Under the pieces are notes generated by a model that saw only the letters and a program-made list of their open reading frames with translations, searched no databases and was not told the DNA's origin. DNA of 64,000 bases from an uncultured bacterium (GTDB lineage Bacteria; Patescibacteriota; Minisyncoccia; Phycocordibacterales; CAIJYI01), in assembly GCA_903824855.1 (NCBI GenBank), contig CAIJYI010000041.1:27159-91158 (forward strand), given 5' to 3'. Position 1 is the first letter of the stretch. Every line of letters starts with the position of its first letter. The position numbers were made by a program, and so were the translations under genes. This document shows, piece after piece, positions 9,259-18,763 of this stretch.

Positions 9259-9771
9259 ATGACATCTTCAATAAAAAATAAATCACTTCATATTGTCTCG
9301 CTATTATTCATATCAATAATGGCACTTCCGAACATTGTGTCAGCAATGACCGTTAGCGTTGGCATACCCGATGCTTTTTCACAGGTGCAAGCGGGAAATA
9401 AGATATATTTTGAAACAGAAATTAAATGGCCGGAAAATACCGGACGTAAAGATTTACGCATCGATTATTCCATATTGGATAAAAATAAAACGGAAATAGC
9501 TCAACTAAAAGTCTTAAGAGCTATCGAGACCCAGGTTTCATTCATGGACGGAATAGCTGTTCCCGCAGATGCTTCTTCGGGTTTGTATACCGTTTTGGTG
9601 AAAATAAGTGATTACGGAACTCTTTCCAAGGAAGCATCCGTGACCTTTAATGTGACTCAAAGTGGAAATTCAACACAGACATATCTCATTGTTATTATTG
9701 GATTTTTAAGTTTTATTTCAATTTTTGTTACTTTTGAATTATTCTTCTTAATGAGAAAGAAATCATTCTGA
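9259..9771 (+). CDS. Secreted, C-terminally anchored hypothetical protein
   Basis: 170 aa. Signal peptide ends ...PNIVSA, and there is a C-terminal TM helix followed by basic residues. Confidence 0.5.
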   Translation: MTSSIKNKSLHIVSLLFISIMALPNIVSAMTVSVGIPDAFSQVQAGNKIYFETEIKWPENTGRKDLRIDYSILDKNKTEIAQLKVLRAIETQVSFMDGIAVPADASSGLYTVLVKISDYGTLSKEASVTFNVTQSGNSTQTYLIVIIGFLSFISIFVTFELFFLMRKKSF

Positions 9772-9825
9772 TGATAGATCAACGCCTCTTTTTTCTTGAA
9801 TAATAAAGGTTTTTTTGAATAAGCA

Positions 9826-9836
9826 GGGGGGGGGGG
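9826..9836. repeat. G11 homopolymeric tract in the promoter region of the (GNN)n surface-protein gene
   Basis: Direct reading (gcaGGGGGGGGGGGagaaaaag). Highly atypical in this AT-rich sequence. Sits about 25 nt upstream of a TTGACA box at 9859. Confidence 0.85.
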
Positions 9837-10032
9837 AGAAAAAGTCCTATCAAAAATGCTTGACAGGGCTATTTCATTATGCTAACGTTGCGAAAGGTCG
9901 TTTTTGAGGAGAGTCTTCAAGAATAGACTATTTGTCCTTTGAAATAATAAAGTACGTAGAAAATCTAACTGATTATTTCAGGGAATTCATGCCGTTTTGG
10001 CATATTTCTTAACTTCTAAAAGGAAGAAAAAA

Positions 10033-10776
10033 ATGAATAAGTTATTACTTGCAGTATCTGTATCTTTATTACTTGGCTCCACTGCATTCGCAGACGTAAC
10101 TACTGCTCCTACTCCAACTACGGCAACAAGTACTTTATCCGTCACAGGTTATAGTCATGCGTTTGCTGAAGCACTTGGAAATCTGACTGGTGTGCAAACT
10201 CACGATACTCTTAATTTAACCGGATCACTTTCCGGTAGTGGGAATTTTATTACCGGTCAATCAACTGGTATTGCTGATGTTCTCGGTGCCGGTCCTACTC
10301 ATTCAATTGCGGAAAGTGGCATAATAGGCAGTCTTTCTTTGAGCCTTGACCCTCACTTTATTTCCGGAACTGGCAGTAGTGAGCAATATGGTGTGTTGAG
10401 TTCTTTAGGTACCGGATCAAGTATTGTTAGTGGCAGTTTGTCATTAAGCGGTAATTTAGGATCTAACTTTGGAAGCGCAAGTGCTCTGGATGGCGCAACA
10501 AGTACTCAATTTACATCCGGTTTGCTTTCTGCTCAAGGTTTGAGCTCCGGCGATCTTTGGATTAAAACAGCACTTACCCCAGCGATAATTCCAGACCCAG
10601 GTACAGGTGGTACCGGTGGTGACAACGGTAACAACGGTAACAACGGTAACGGTGGTAACAACGGTAACGGTGGTACTGGCCAAGATTATGGAAATGGTAA
10701 TGGCGGTACAAATAATGGTCATGGTAATGGCGGCAATAACGGTAATGGCCAAGGCACAGGCGGCGGTCAACAATAA
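10033..10776 (+). CDS. Secreted Gly/Ser/Thr/Asn-rich low-complexity protein with C-terminal (G-N-N/G-N-G)n repeats
   Basis: The track start is TTG 9997. The ATG at 10033 follows AGGAAG and begins a signal peptide (MNKLLLAVSVSLLLGSTAFA). The C-terminus carries GDNGNNGNNGNGGNNGNGG and related repeats. Confidence 0.55.
   Translation: MNKLLLAVSVSLLLGSTAFADVTTAPTPTTATSTLSVTGYSHAFAEALGNLTGVQTHDTLNLTGSLSGSGNFITGQSTGIADVLGAGPTHSIAESGIIGSLSLSLDPHFISGTGSSEQYGVLSSLGTGSSIVSGSLSLSGNLGSNFGSASALDGATSTQFTSGLLSAQGLSSGDLWIKTALTPAIIPDPGTGGTGGDNGNNGNNGNGGNNGNGGTGQDYGNGNGGTNNGHGNGGNNGNGQGTGGGQQ
10600..10765 (+). repeat. In-frame tandem 6/9-nt repeats (AACGGTAAC, GGTGGT, AATGGC) encoding (GNN/GNG)n
   Basis: Direct reading of GGTGACAACGGTAACAACGGTAACAACGGTAACGGTGGTAACAACGGTAACGGTGGT... 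Confidence 0.7.
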
Positions 10777-10808
10777 GAATACCGCGTAGTTGTTCAATTA
10801 GCATTTTT

Positions 10809-10842
10809 GAGAAGGAGTTTTCCCTCCTTCTCTATTTTTTTC
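10809..10842 (+). terminator. Rho-independent terminator (GAGAAGGAG-TTTTCC-CTCCTTCTC + TATTTTTTT)
   Basis: Direct reading; lies downstream of the (GNN)n gene. Confidence 0.7.
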
Positions 10843-10901
10843 TCCCCACAGCACTAACAAATTTTGAAACCATTCTTCTCACGAAACAAAGGATATTATT
10901 A

Positions 10902-11906
10902 ATGAATCAGTTACAAAGAATTATCGCAGCAGTTTTTATCTCCGGGTGTGCAATTTCTTTTGCCGCATCCGCAGGAGATACAAACACCAATGTAGATGTC
11001 GGGAATAACGCAACAGCGCAAACTATTGGCGGAGCTCAAAATCAAACATTCCGTCAAGGTGATACTTACGTTAAAGTTTCACCCGCTGTGCCACTCCCAA
11101 ATACTGCGGCTTCACTCGCTGTCAATCCAACCACTTTTTTGAATAACGGTGCAGGCTTGGCGGAAAGGACTGCGCAATATAGTAGATTGTTTGCTCAATT
11201 TACTAAAGGTGTTGTTTCAGTCAACGGGTTAAATAGTAAACGTGGCGAAACAAAAACCACAGATACGGATTTTGCCGTCCTCGTATGGCAACCTTATTCC
11301 GATTACTATAATGGTGCGGTGAATGAAGATTTGTACGTCAAATCATTTTCGCCGATGATAACCGATATGTCTGTAGACTTTGGTGCTATGTCGCCAACAA
11401 CAAACTTTTTTGTTATCGGCCATGTCGCCGTGGTAACACCAAAAGGTTCTGATTTATCTGACGCCGTTTTGCAGGAAACATTAATCGCGGAAGCGGAAAA
11501 GTTTCTTGTAAACGAAGTTGAGATAACCGGTTTTACGGATATTACTCCAATGGTGATTTTTGAAACAACCGCATTCTATCAAGGCAGTGCCGTGACGAGT
11601 GGTGGTTATCAAATCTCTCCTCAAGTGAGCATGTTCCCCGGTGCCGGTGTTGGAACAGGCAGTTTCTTCAGCTTTCAAGATGTGAAAGGTCAATCAACTC
11701 CTGAATATCGCCTTGGTATGAAAATTGTTTTCTTAGCAAAAGCGACAAATGCAGGTGAAGGTCATGCGATAGTTGCAAAAGTGCAACAAATCAGTAAGAC
11801 TATTGCAGAAAAAGCCGCCAGCGAAAAAGCTGCAGCAGCCGAAAGGTCATCTGAAATGGCAGTTAAACATTCTGTTGACACTGCTGTAGATAAAACAGCT
11901 CAATAA
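10902..11906 (+). CDS. Secreted hypothetical protein
   Basis: 334 aa. Signal peptide MNQLQRIIAAVFISGCAISFAASA. No known domain recognised. Confidence 0.55.
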   Translation: MNQLQRIIAAVFISGCAISFAASAGDTNTNVDVGNNATAQTIGGAQNQTFRQGDTYVKVSPAVPLPNTAASLAVNPTTFLNNGAGLAERTAQYSRLFAQFTKGVVSVNGLNSKRGETKTTDTDFAVLVWQPYSDYYNGAVNEDLYVKSFSPMITDMSVDFGAMSPTTNFFVIGHVAVVTPKGSDLSDAVLQETLIAEAEKFLVNEVEITGFTDITPMVIFETTAFYQGSAVTSGGYQISPQVSMFPGAGVGTGSFFSFQDVKGQSTPEYRLGMKIVFLAKATNAGEGHAIVAKVQQISKTIAEKAASEKAAAAERSSEMAVKHSVDTAVDKTAQ

Positions 11907-11971
11907 TTTCTTCGATTTTTTACGTAAAATCAATCGCAAAAAAGCGAAAAATAGTTAGATAAGCAAAGTTC

Positions 11972-12004
11972 AAGCTCTTCATTTTTATGGAGAGCTTTTT
12001 TTAT
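11972..12004 (+). terminator. Hairpin (AAGCTCT...AGAGCTT) with a large loop and a T-run
   Basis: Direct reading. Separates the secreted-protein gene from the sigma-factor promoter. Confidence 0.4.
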
Positions 12005-12017
12005 TTGTCATTTTTCT

Positions 12018-12047
12018 CTGGCATAAAAATAGTATTCTTTGTATGAT
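12018..12047 (+). promoter_or_regulatory. Conserved promoter-like element copy A (CTGGCATAAAAATAGTATTCTTTGTATGAT), ending 6 nt before the sigma-gene ATG
   Basis: The same 30-mer recurs at 18764-18793 upstream of tsaC, and the following 10 nt also match 9/10. It contains a -10-like TATGAT and a -35-like CTGGCA with an 18-nt spacer, implying a leaderless transcript. Confidence 0.45.
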
Positions 12048-12053
12048 TAGAAA

Positions 12054-12602
12054 ATGAACGATGAGGATATCGTGAAATTAGTACAGAACGGCGATATTGA
12101 AATCTTCGGTGTTTTGATTGAACGTTACGAGGAGAAGATGCTTCGATATGCGCGAAAATTTTTATTTGGTACTGATTCTGCAACTGATCTGGTGCAGGAT
12201 GTTTTTACGAAAGCCTATATTAATATATCCGGTTTTGATACAGCGAAAAGATTTTCTCCGTGGCTTTATCGTATTGCGCATAATTGTTTCATAAATGAAT
12301 TAAAGAAAAATAAACGAGAACCCGTGCCGATGTTTGATATGGACATTTTTTTCCCGAATTATCCTCAGAATGATACGCCGGAAACAGAGGTGATTCGAAA
12401 TGAGTTAAAAAAGACACTTGGCGATTGTATTAATAATATCGATTACAAATATAAAGAAGTTCTCATCTTGTATTATTATGAAGAATTAAGTTATAAGGAG
12501 ATTTCGGATATCTTGCATATCCCCGTGGCAACCATAGGAATGAGGATTAGCCGCGGAAAGGAAGCAATGAAAAAAATTATACTTAAGGAACAAGAAATAT
12601 GA
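12054..12602 (+). CDS. ECF-family RNA polymerase sigma factor (sigma-70 regions 2 and 4)
   Basis: 182 aa. Region 2 is DLVQDVFTKAY...WLYRIAHNCFINELKK. The region 4 HTH is LSYKEISDILHIPVATIGMRISRGKEAMKK. Confidence 0.8.
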   Translation: MNDEDIVKLVQNGDIEIFGVLIERYEEKMLRYARKFLFGTDSATDLVQDVFTKAYINISGFDTAKRFSPWLYRIAHNCFINELKKNKREPVPMFDMDIFFPNYPQNDTPETEVIRNELKKTLGDCINNIDYKYKEVLILYYYEELSYKEISDILHIPVATIGMRISRGKEAMKKIILKEQEI

Positions 12603-13309
12603 GTAACTCAAAAACAAAATCGATAAAAAATTCAATATTGTATAAAATAAAAAATGGAGACATTAAGAAACTTCCAAAAGTTATTTTTAATGTAAAATCG
12701 GCTTTTTTTATTGTTGCGTTATTCCTCGTTCTGTCTTTTTCAGTTTTTGTGTTAAGTTTTATTGTTTTTTCACTTCAGATCTCCGGACTATGGAAGCTTT
12801 CATTTTTTGGAATTAAAGGATTTCAGATGTTAATTAGTAATTTACCTTGGATCATTATTCTTCTGGTCATAGGGTTTATTGTCATTTTGGAGATTATGGT
12901 AAACAGATATTCCTTCTCTTATCGAAAACCATTTCTGTATACCTCATTAATGGTAATCTGTCTAGTCGTCGTGACAAGTCTCGTTATTAGAAAAACTTCC
13001 TTTGATGAAAATTTTTATTCAAAAATTGAACAGGGAAAAATACCGGCATTTAAGCCGCTATACGAAAAGTATGTTAATCCGAGTCCTGAATACTTTCACC
13101 CCGGGACGTTGATAAAAATGGAACCCGAAGGTTTTATCCTTGAGCTTCATGATAAAAAAACTATTTTTGTGAGGATATCCGAAAAAACAGAAAAGCGAAT
13201 CGGTTTTGAAATTTATCCAGGAACTCGATTACTCGTTGTCGGTAAAATAGTGAACGAAATTATTGACGCAGAAATCATCGATAATGCGCCCTCTAGTGGG
13301 CGTCCGTAA
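12599..13309 (+). CDS. Membrane protein, putative anti-sigma factor
   Basis: 236 aa. Start overlaps the sigma-gene stop (ATGA). It has a cytoplasmic N-terminus followed by 3-4 TM helices. The anti-sigma role is inferred from synteny only. Confidence 0.4.
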   Translation: MSNSKTKSIKNSILYKIKNGDIKKLPKVIFNVKSAFFIVALFLVLSFSVFVLSFIVFSLQISGLWKLSFFGIKGFQMLISNLPWIIILLVIGFIVILEIMVNRYSFSYRKPFLYTSLMVICLVVVTSLVIRKTSFDENFYSKIEQGKIPAFKPLYEKYVNPSPEYFHPGTLIKMEPEGFILELHDKKTIFVRISEKTEKRIGFEIYPGTRLLVVGKIVNEIIDAEIIDNAPSSGRP

Positions 13310-13342
13310 TATTATTTTTTTTCAATTGTAGTAATATATAGA

Positions 13343-13366
13343 GAGCATCTGTGCTCGTTTATTATT
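13343..13366 (+). terminator. Weak hairpin (GAGCA-TCTG-TGCTC) followed by GTTTATTATTT
   Basis: Direct reading. Confidence 0.3.
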
Positions 13367-13392
13367 TATATATTTCTAAAATATAATTATTT

Positions 13393-15021
13393 ATGAAATT
13401 TTTTCTTATGAATCCGATGCGCATCGTTATTTTATTATTAACATTCGGTATAATCGCGGTGGGCGGGTTTTGGTACTCATCGGATCATAGAGCAAATTTA
13501 TCAAACTCCGATATTTCCGCCGCAACGTCAACTGATAGTGCTTCTTATATAAGACCCTCAACAGAAGCAGATAAGACAAATAATCCGCCTCCAGAGGCTG
13601 CAATTATTGCTTGTTCTGGTAAATCAATTGGCGTAGCATGTCAATTTTCAGATAATGGAAACATTGCTGTTGGTGTCTGCGACGATAACCCTGGTGTCCT
13701 CGCTTGTAGAAAAAATGATGACGCTGGCGTTGGACAAACAGCTACAGGGACAACAAAACCGACGACAGGAACTACGGGTGCATCGATAAATAGTCAACCA
13801 TCAAAAACAACAACGACAACCACTTCTACCACCACAACTAAACCTACTACCCCGCCTTCATCCGGGGGGCAGAGCAGTTACAGTATAACGCAGGCAATTT
13901 CTGATCAAGCTCAATTAAACACGCTGGCTTTTGATGGGCTCGGATTTTTAACCGGAAATACTTGCTCGGATTCATTTTTACCTCCGGGAAAAGTTGCTGA
14001 TTTTTTCGGTTTTCAATATTTGAGAGATACCACGGCGAACGGAAAAGGACATGATACTGATTTCGTAACCAACTCGGCTAATAATGTTCTGTATACTTTA
14101 ACGGCTGCACAAAAAGCGAAGATGACTGCGCTTGCGAAATCACAGAGCTCCCAAGTAAATGAATTCGCGTATAAAAGATTTCCTTTGATGGTAGCTTTTC
14201 GCCGCGAATTTACAGGAGATATTCCATCCGGAACAACTGGTTTGAGTAAAACAGCAGTAATGGACTATTCCGCGGATCTCTATGAAATTGATGCTCAGAT
14301 AAGTTTGGAGAGGGCACAATTATTTGGAGAGATTATCAGGTCACTTTCAACTGAACAGAAAGCATATTTTGATGCTATGGTGAAAGGAGGTTTTGCCTCG
14401 TGGAAGATCTTACCGGACCAGGTTGATAAGGTAAATCTTACTGTTGACCAGTCAGTGCTTATGATGACGTATGCGAGCGAAATGTTTGGTTGGTATGCGG
14501 GAAATATTGAAGCTGATACATATTTCTGCCCTGAGAGGCAGGCGGATTACTTTGGCGGATTTTATATAAAAGACGCTCCGGCTATTGGGAATGCCGGTTA
14601 TACTATCGATGAATCTATCACCGGCGACCAAGGTCAAGCTTTCTTAAATGCTTTAAGTAGTGCACAAAAACCAATCATAACAACTTTAGTTGACACACAA
14701 AGAACAGCAATCAACAGTATTGTCGAAAAAAGACGTGCTATTTCAACCGAATTGCGCAATGCCTTGTCGACAGGAACAATTGATACCGAAAAGGTAATTG
14801 CTTTGTCGAGACAATACGGGGAATTGGACGGAGAAATTTCATATTATTACGCTTCTGCCTTCTCAAAGGTCGGTAAAACTCTCACTACTGATCAAAAAGC
14901 GAATTTGGTGAAGTTAAAAAATCTTGACGGATATTCTTGCCCAAGTACTTCTGCATATCTCTATTCGGCAAAGATTACAATGCCAACAGTTGAAAGTACA
15001 GATTTTCTTTTTGCTAAATAA
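13393..15021 (+). CDS. Large membrane-anchored extracytoplasmic protein with a Cys-rich module and Thr-rich linker (hypothetical)
   Basis: 542 aa. Starts with an N-terminal TM, then a 6-Cys module (CSGKSIGVACQF...CDDNPGVLAC), a TTTTTTSTTTTKPTTPP linker and a ~380-aa C-terminal domain of unknown family. Confidence 0.55.
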   Translation: MKFFLMNPMRIVILLLTFGIIAVGGFWYSSDHRANLSNSDISAATSTDSASYIRPSTEADKTNNPPPEAAIIACSGKSIGVACQFSDNGNIAVGVCDDNPGVLACRKNDDAGVGQTATGTTKPTTGTTGASINSQPSKTTTTTTSTTTTKPTTPPSSGGQSSYSITQAISDQAQLNTLAFDGLGFLTGNTCSDSFLPPGKVADFFGFQYLRDTTANGKGHDTDFVTNSANNVLYTLTAAQKAKMTALAKSQSSQVNEFAYKRFPLMVAFRREFTGDIPSGTTGLSKTAVMDYSADLYEIDAQISLERAQLFGEIIRSLSTEQKAYFDAMVKGGFASWKILPDQVDKVNLTVDQSVLMMTYASEMFGWYAGNIEADTYFCPERQADYFGGFYIKDAPAIGNAGYTIDESITGDQGQAFLNALSSAQKPIITTLVDTQRTAINSIVEKRRAISTELRNALSTGTIDTEKVIALSRQYGELDGEISYYYASAFSKVGKTLTTDQKANLVKLKNLDGYSCPSTSAYLYSAKITMPTVESTDFLFAK

Positions 15022-15039
15022 CTATTCATTATTAATTTT

Positions 15040-15756
15040 TTGAAACATATGTATAAAGATACCGATAAAGTCGTTTTGATTACGGACAATGATGATCTTG
15101 TCGTGGAAAGCAGTGATGACAAGAATCAAACAAAAAATAAAGAAAAAATAATTATTGCCGTATTGTCTGTCGTATTTTTGATTCTTCTTTGTGGAGTCAT
15201 TTGGGATCTTTATGGAAGAAAAACCTTGACCATATATTTATGCGGAACAGAAATAGCGACAAGCACTGCTGGTTTATTGGGTACGAGTACCCCGAAAGAT
15301 CTTTCCATTGCATCACAAAATACAGCGAGTCCCGAAACTCCCCCAGCAACTCCTTCTGGTGTCAAAAAGAGCGTAGGCAATACCCCGCTAAAACCTTCAG
15401 GAAATACTACCGCGTCTATAACGAAACCGAGTAGTAGTGTCGCATACTCTTCATATGGCACCTGTATAGAAAATGCGAAAGATCTTGGTTCCAGTAAAGA
15501 TTGCTGTGATTGTTTGAGCGCTGATGTTTCCGTGAGAAAAGCATGTAGAGACTTCGCGGCGACGTATGATTTTACAAAAAATACAACAATAAAAACATTC
15601 ACTATTCCTTCGTCTCTCGGTCGAACCGGAAATTATACTGCTTACACATCAAGTGCCACACAACAAGAATGTAAGCAAAAATGTGATTCTTCTACAACTC
15701 TTCAGTGTGGCGATTTTCAATTCTGTCGGACTGCGTGCGATAGTATGACACAATAA
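15040..15756 (+). CDS. Membrane-anchored Cys-rich secreted protein (hypothetical)
   Basis: 238 aa. TM helix precedes a C-terminal domain with about 12 Cys (CCDC...CRTAC). Confidence 0.45.
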   Translation: MKHMYKDTDKVVLITDNDDLVVESSDDKNQTKNKEKIIIAVLSVVFLILLCGVIWDLYGRKTLTIYLCGTEIATSTAGLLGTSTPKDLSIASQNTASPETPPATPSGVKKSVGNTPLKPSGNTTASITKPSSSVAYSSYGTCIENAKDLGSSKDCCDCLSADVSVRKACRDFAATYDFTKNTTIKTFTIPSSLGRTGNYTAYTSSATQQECKQKCDSSTTLQCGDFQFCRTACDSMTQ

Positions 15757-15762
15757 TCAAAT

Positions 15763-16968
15763 ATGAATAAGAAGGTTTTTATTTCGCTCATTTGTGCGTT
15801 GGTTGTCGGGATTATTTCGATTTCGTATTTTTGGGTCGCAAACAGAGACAAAAAAATAATTTCTTCCGAAACATTATCGCAATCCGAACAGGTAACCAAA
15901 TCAACCTCTACCGAACAAATAGTCACGATTACCGAGCCGTCGACCGTCACCTCGCAAAATTCCGTTCAGGGAAGTTTCTCGTTTGGAATTCAGGGCGATT
16001 CTCATCCTGAAAGAGCGGGAAAAATGTTTAATGCGGATTTGTATGCAATAAACCTGCAAAATGCAAATAATGCTAATCTCGCGTTTTATTTTCTTCTCGG
16101 CGATGACTTCAGTATTGAGAAATTGATTGAGGACAAGACCTTTACTCAAGAAACTGTTGATAAAGTATATTTGCAGCAAAAAAATTATTTGAAAAATATT
16201 TCCGTGCCGATTTATTTAGTGAACGGCAACCATGAGCAAGAAGCCAAATATTTACTGGACGGTACGAATAATAATCCGGCAATTTTAGCAAAAAACGCGC
16301 GCGCAAAATTTTTTGATTCTCCCGGCGCCGAAAACGGTTACTACTCTTTCACGCATGGAGATGCTCTCTTTGTTGTTATTGATTTTTATTGGCATTCGGA
16401 CTTGGCGGCGGATAATGTTGCCGGCGCAAAGGGCGGAAGCGCGAAACGAAGCGATTTATGGAACAATACGCTCGGCGACGTCCAATATCAATGGTTTAAA
16501 AAAACACTGGAAGAAAGCAAGGCGAAATATAAATTCGTTTTCACACATCATGTTCTGGGCACAGGGCGCGGAGGAGTGGAGGAAGCAAAGTTGTATGAAT
16601 GGGGCGGATACAACTCAAAAGGCGTTTGGGAATTTGATACCAAAAGGCCGGGATGGGAATTGCCGATTCATCAGCTGATGGCGAAAAACGGTGTGACGAT
16701 ATTTTTCCAGGGACATGATCACTTATTCGCCAAACAAGAACTTGATGGAGTAATCTATCAGGAGGTTCCAAACCCTGCGGATAATACTTATACGGCATTC
16801 AACAAAGATGCCTATAAAACGGGAACCGTATTACCGAATTCCGGATATCTCAATGTGACGGTTTCGCCGACGAATGTAAAAGTTGATTATATACGAGCAT
16901 TCCTTCCAAAAGACGAAACGGCAACGAGTAAAAACGGTTCCGTAGCTTTTTCCTATACCGTTCAATAA
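15763..16968 (+). CDS. Membrane-anchored calcineurin-like metallophosphoesterase (purple-acid-phosphatase-like), paralog 1
   Basis: 401 aa. Metallophosphoesterase motifs GDSHPE...GDD...GNHE...HH...GHDH are present, after an N-terminal TM. Confidence 0.7.
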   Translation: MNKKVFISLICALVVGIISISYFWVANRDKKIISSETLSQSEQVTKSTSTEQIVTITEPSTVTSQNSVQGSFSFGIQGDSHPERAGKMFNADLYAINLQNANNANLAFYFLLGDDFSIEKLIEDKTFTQETVDKVYLQQKNYLKNISVPIYLVNGNHEQEAKYLLDGTNNNPAILAKNARAKFFDSPGAENGYYSFTHGDALFVVIDFYWHSDLAADNVAGAKGGSAKRSDLWNNTLGDVQYQWFKKTLEESKAKYKFVFTHHVLGTGRGGVEEAKLYEWGGYNSKGVWEFDTKRPGWELPIHQLMAKNGVTIFFQGHDHLFAKQELDGVIYQEVPNPADNTYTAFNKDAYKTGTVLPNSGYLNVTVSPTNVKVDYIRAFLPKDETATSKNGSVAFSYTVQ

Positions 16969-16977
16969 ATTTGAATC

Positions 16978-18129
16978 ATGAAAATCTTCAAAACATCATA
17001 CATTATTATCGCTTTGCTTATCGGAATCTGCGCTGTTTCCGTTTTTTGGGCGATGAATAAAAATACTGCGGAAGAGATTTTTCCCGAACAAGCGGCGGAA
17101 ATTTCACGGTCGACAACGACGCCAGCAGACATCAACGCGACAAGCCAATCTCCCGCCACACAGGGTGAAGCAGTGGACGCAGTGGAAGAGACCTCAAAGG
17201 AAGTCGCCGGCGGCGACGATAATTACGTTTTTGATATAGAAGCCGATCCTCATATGGATGAGCAGTCTGATTCCAAAATTTATACTCAGACCTTAAAAAA
17301 TATTGTGAGCGACAAACCGGCATTTTTGATAGACCTCGGTGATATTTTTATGGTGGATAAATTGTCTGATAAAAGCGAGGCAAATATAAAAGCGCGCTAC
17401 GACCTCATGAAAGGATATTATGACCTGCTCGGGTCCATTCCTCTCTATTTTGCGATGGGAAACCATGATGGAGAAGTTGGCTGGGATAAGCTCTATACGA
17501 AGAATTATCGTCTCCAATATTTCCCGAAAGAAACCTACGATAAAAACTATTATTCTTTTGAAAAGGAAAATGCGCTTTTTGTCGTTCTTGACCCGTACAT
17601 GTATACGACGACGAAGCCAAATGAGAACGGGTGGGACTGGACACTTGGAAAAGCGCAATATGATTGGTTGAAAAAAACACTTGAGTCGAGTAATGCAAAA
17701 TATAAATTTGTGTTCATTCACCAGCTCGTTGGCGGAGATAACCAAGGACGCGGAGGTATTGAATTTGCCAAACTCTATGAATGGGGAGGAAACAACATCG
17801 ACGGCAGTTATGGATTTACATTGAATCGTTCAGGATGGGGAACTCCGATTCATCAATTGCTGGTCGATAACAAAGTTGATGTAGTTTTTAAAGGTCACGA
17901 TCATTTTTTCGCTAAGCAAATATTGAATGGAGTGATATATCAAACAGTTCCACAGCCAAGTCATCCTGGGGCTAATATTAATACTGCGGAGGAGTATGGA
18001 TATTTAAATGGAGTAATTCTCGGAGGTTCCGGTTATTTGAGAGTGACAGTTATGGACACAAAAGCTCTGGTTGAATTTGTTAAGACAAATAGCACAAAAG
18101 ATGTTGCGGATTCATATTCTATACAATAA
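16978..18129 (+). CDS. Membrane-anchored calcineurin-like metallophosphoesterase, paralog 2
   Basis: 383 aa. Clearly paralogous to 15763-16968 (KYKFVFxHxxxGxxxGRGGxExAKLYEWGG...PIHQL...GHDHxFAKQxLxGVIYQxVPxP). Arranged as a tandem duplicate. Confidence 0.7.
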   Translation: MKIFKTSYIIIALLIGICAVSVFWAMNKNTAEEIFPEQAAEISRSTTTPADINATSQSPATQGEAVDAVEETSKEVAGGDDNYVFDIEADPHMDEQSDSKIYTQTLKNIVSDKPAFLIDLGDIFMVDKLSDKSEANIKARYDLMKGYYDLLGSIPLYFAMGNHDGEVGWDKLYTKNYRLQYFPKETYDKNYYSFEKENALFVVLDPYMYTTTKPNENGWDWTLGKAQYDWLKKTLESSNAKYKFVFIHQLVGGDNQGRGGIEFAKLYEWGGNNIDGSYGFTLNRSGWGTPIHQLLVDNKVDVVFKGHDHFFAKQILNGVIYQTVPQPSHPGANINTAEEYGYLNGVILGGSGYLRVTVMDTKALVEFVKTNSTKDVADSYSIQ

Positions 18130-18222
18130 AAAAATGTAACTTTTTCTGGTGCTGATTCCATAGTATAGATGGATACAAGATGTATTTTGTTTAAGATAAT
18201 TATTAATAATATTAAAATTACG

Positions 18223-18660
18223 ATGAAAAAAACTATCGTTTTAGGTCTTAGTGTTGCCTTATTGGCCATGTCTGGAAGTATTACTTATGCACAGATAAAA
18301 AGCGTTGGAGCAAAAGCTTTTGCAAATCAAAATGCAAGTATGAATCTTCCTTGTGTTCAGACAGCTGTTGGGGTCAGAGAAACAGCTATTCAAGCTTCAT
18401 TTACAAAATTCACGTCATCAACATTAACAGCAATGCAGACAAGAGCTACTGCACTTAATACTGCTTGGGGTATGACCGTTGGAGCAGAAAGAAGAGCTGC
18501 TCGGAAAGCTGCCTGGGATGCATATAAGTCAACCAACGATGCAGCACGAGCAACTTTTAAAACGGAAAAACAAGTAGCTTGGGATACATTCAACAAAGCT
18601 TCCGCTGTGTGTGGGGTCGAAGTTGTAGAAACACCTTCTCAAGACGGGTTGACAATATAA
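18223..18660 (+). CDS. Secreted hypothetical protein
   Basis: The track start is 18169. The ATG at 18223 begins a signal peptide (MKKTIVLGLSVALLAMSGSITYA). The rest is Ala/Thr-rich and probably helical. Confidence 0.5.
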   Translation: MKKTIVLGLSVALLAMSGSITYAQIKSVGAKAFANQNASMNLPCVQTAVGVRETAIQASFTKFTSSTLTAMQTRATALNTAWGMTVGAERRAARKAAWDAYKSTNDAARATFKTEKQVAWDTFNKASAVCGVEVVETPSQDGLTI

Positions 18661-18682
18661 AACTACACTAAGATATAAAGAC

Positions 18683-18720
18683 AAAAAATACCCTGACTAA
18701 AGCGACGGGTATTTTTTTAT
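18683..18720 (+). terminator. Terminator-like hairpin (AAAAATACCC...GGGTATTTTTTT)
   Basis: Direct reading. Confidence 0.5.
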
Positions 18721-18763
18721 ATAAAAACAATAAAAATTTTATTTTATAAAAGTACTTATCTTG

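Noticed and set aside
12018-12047. Reading the conserved TGGCAT...element as a sigma-54 (-24/-12) promoter
   Set aside because: TGGCAT fits the -24 half-site, but the -12 position has TAGTA rather than TTGC, and no rpoN or enhancer-binding protein is seen nearby. A sigma70-like or ECF reading is more parsimonious.
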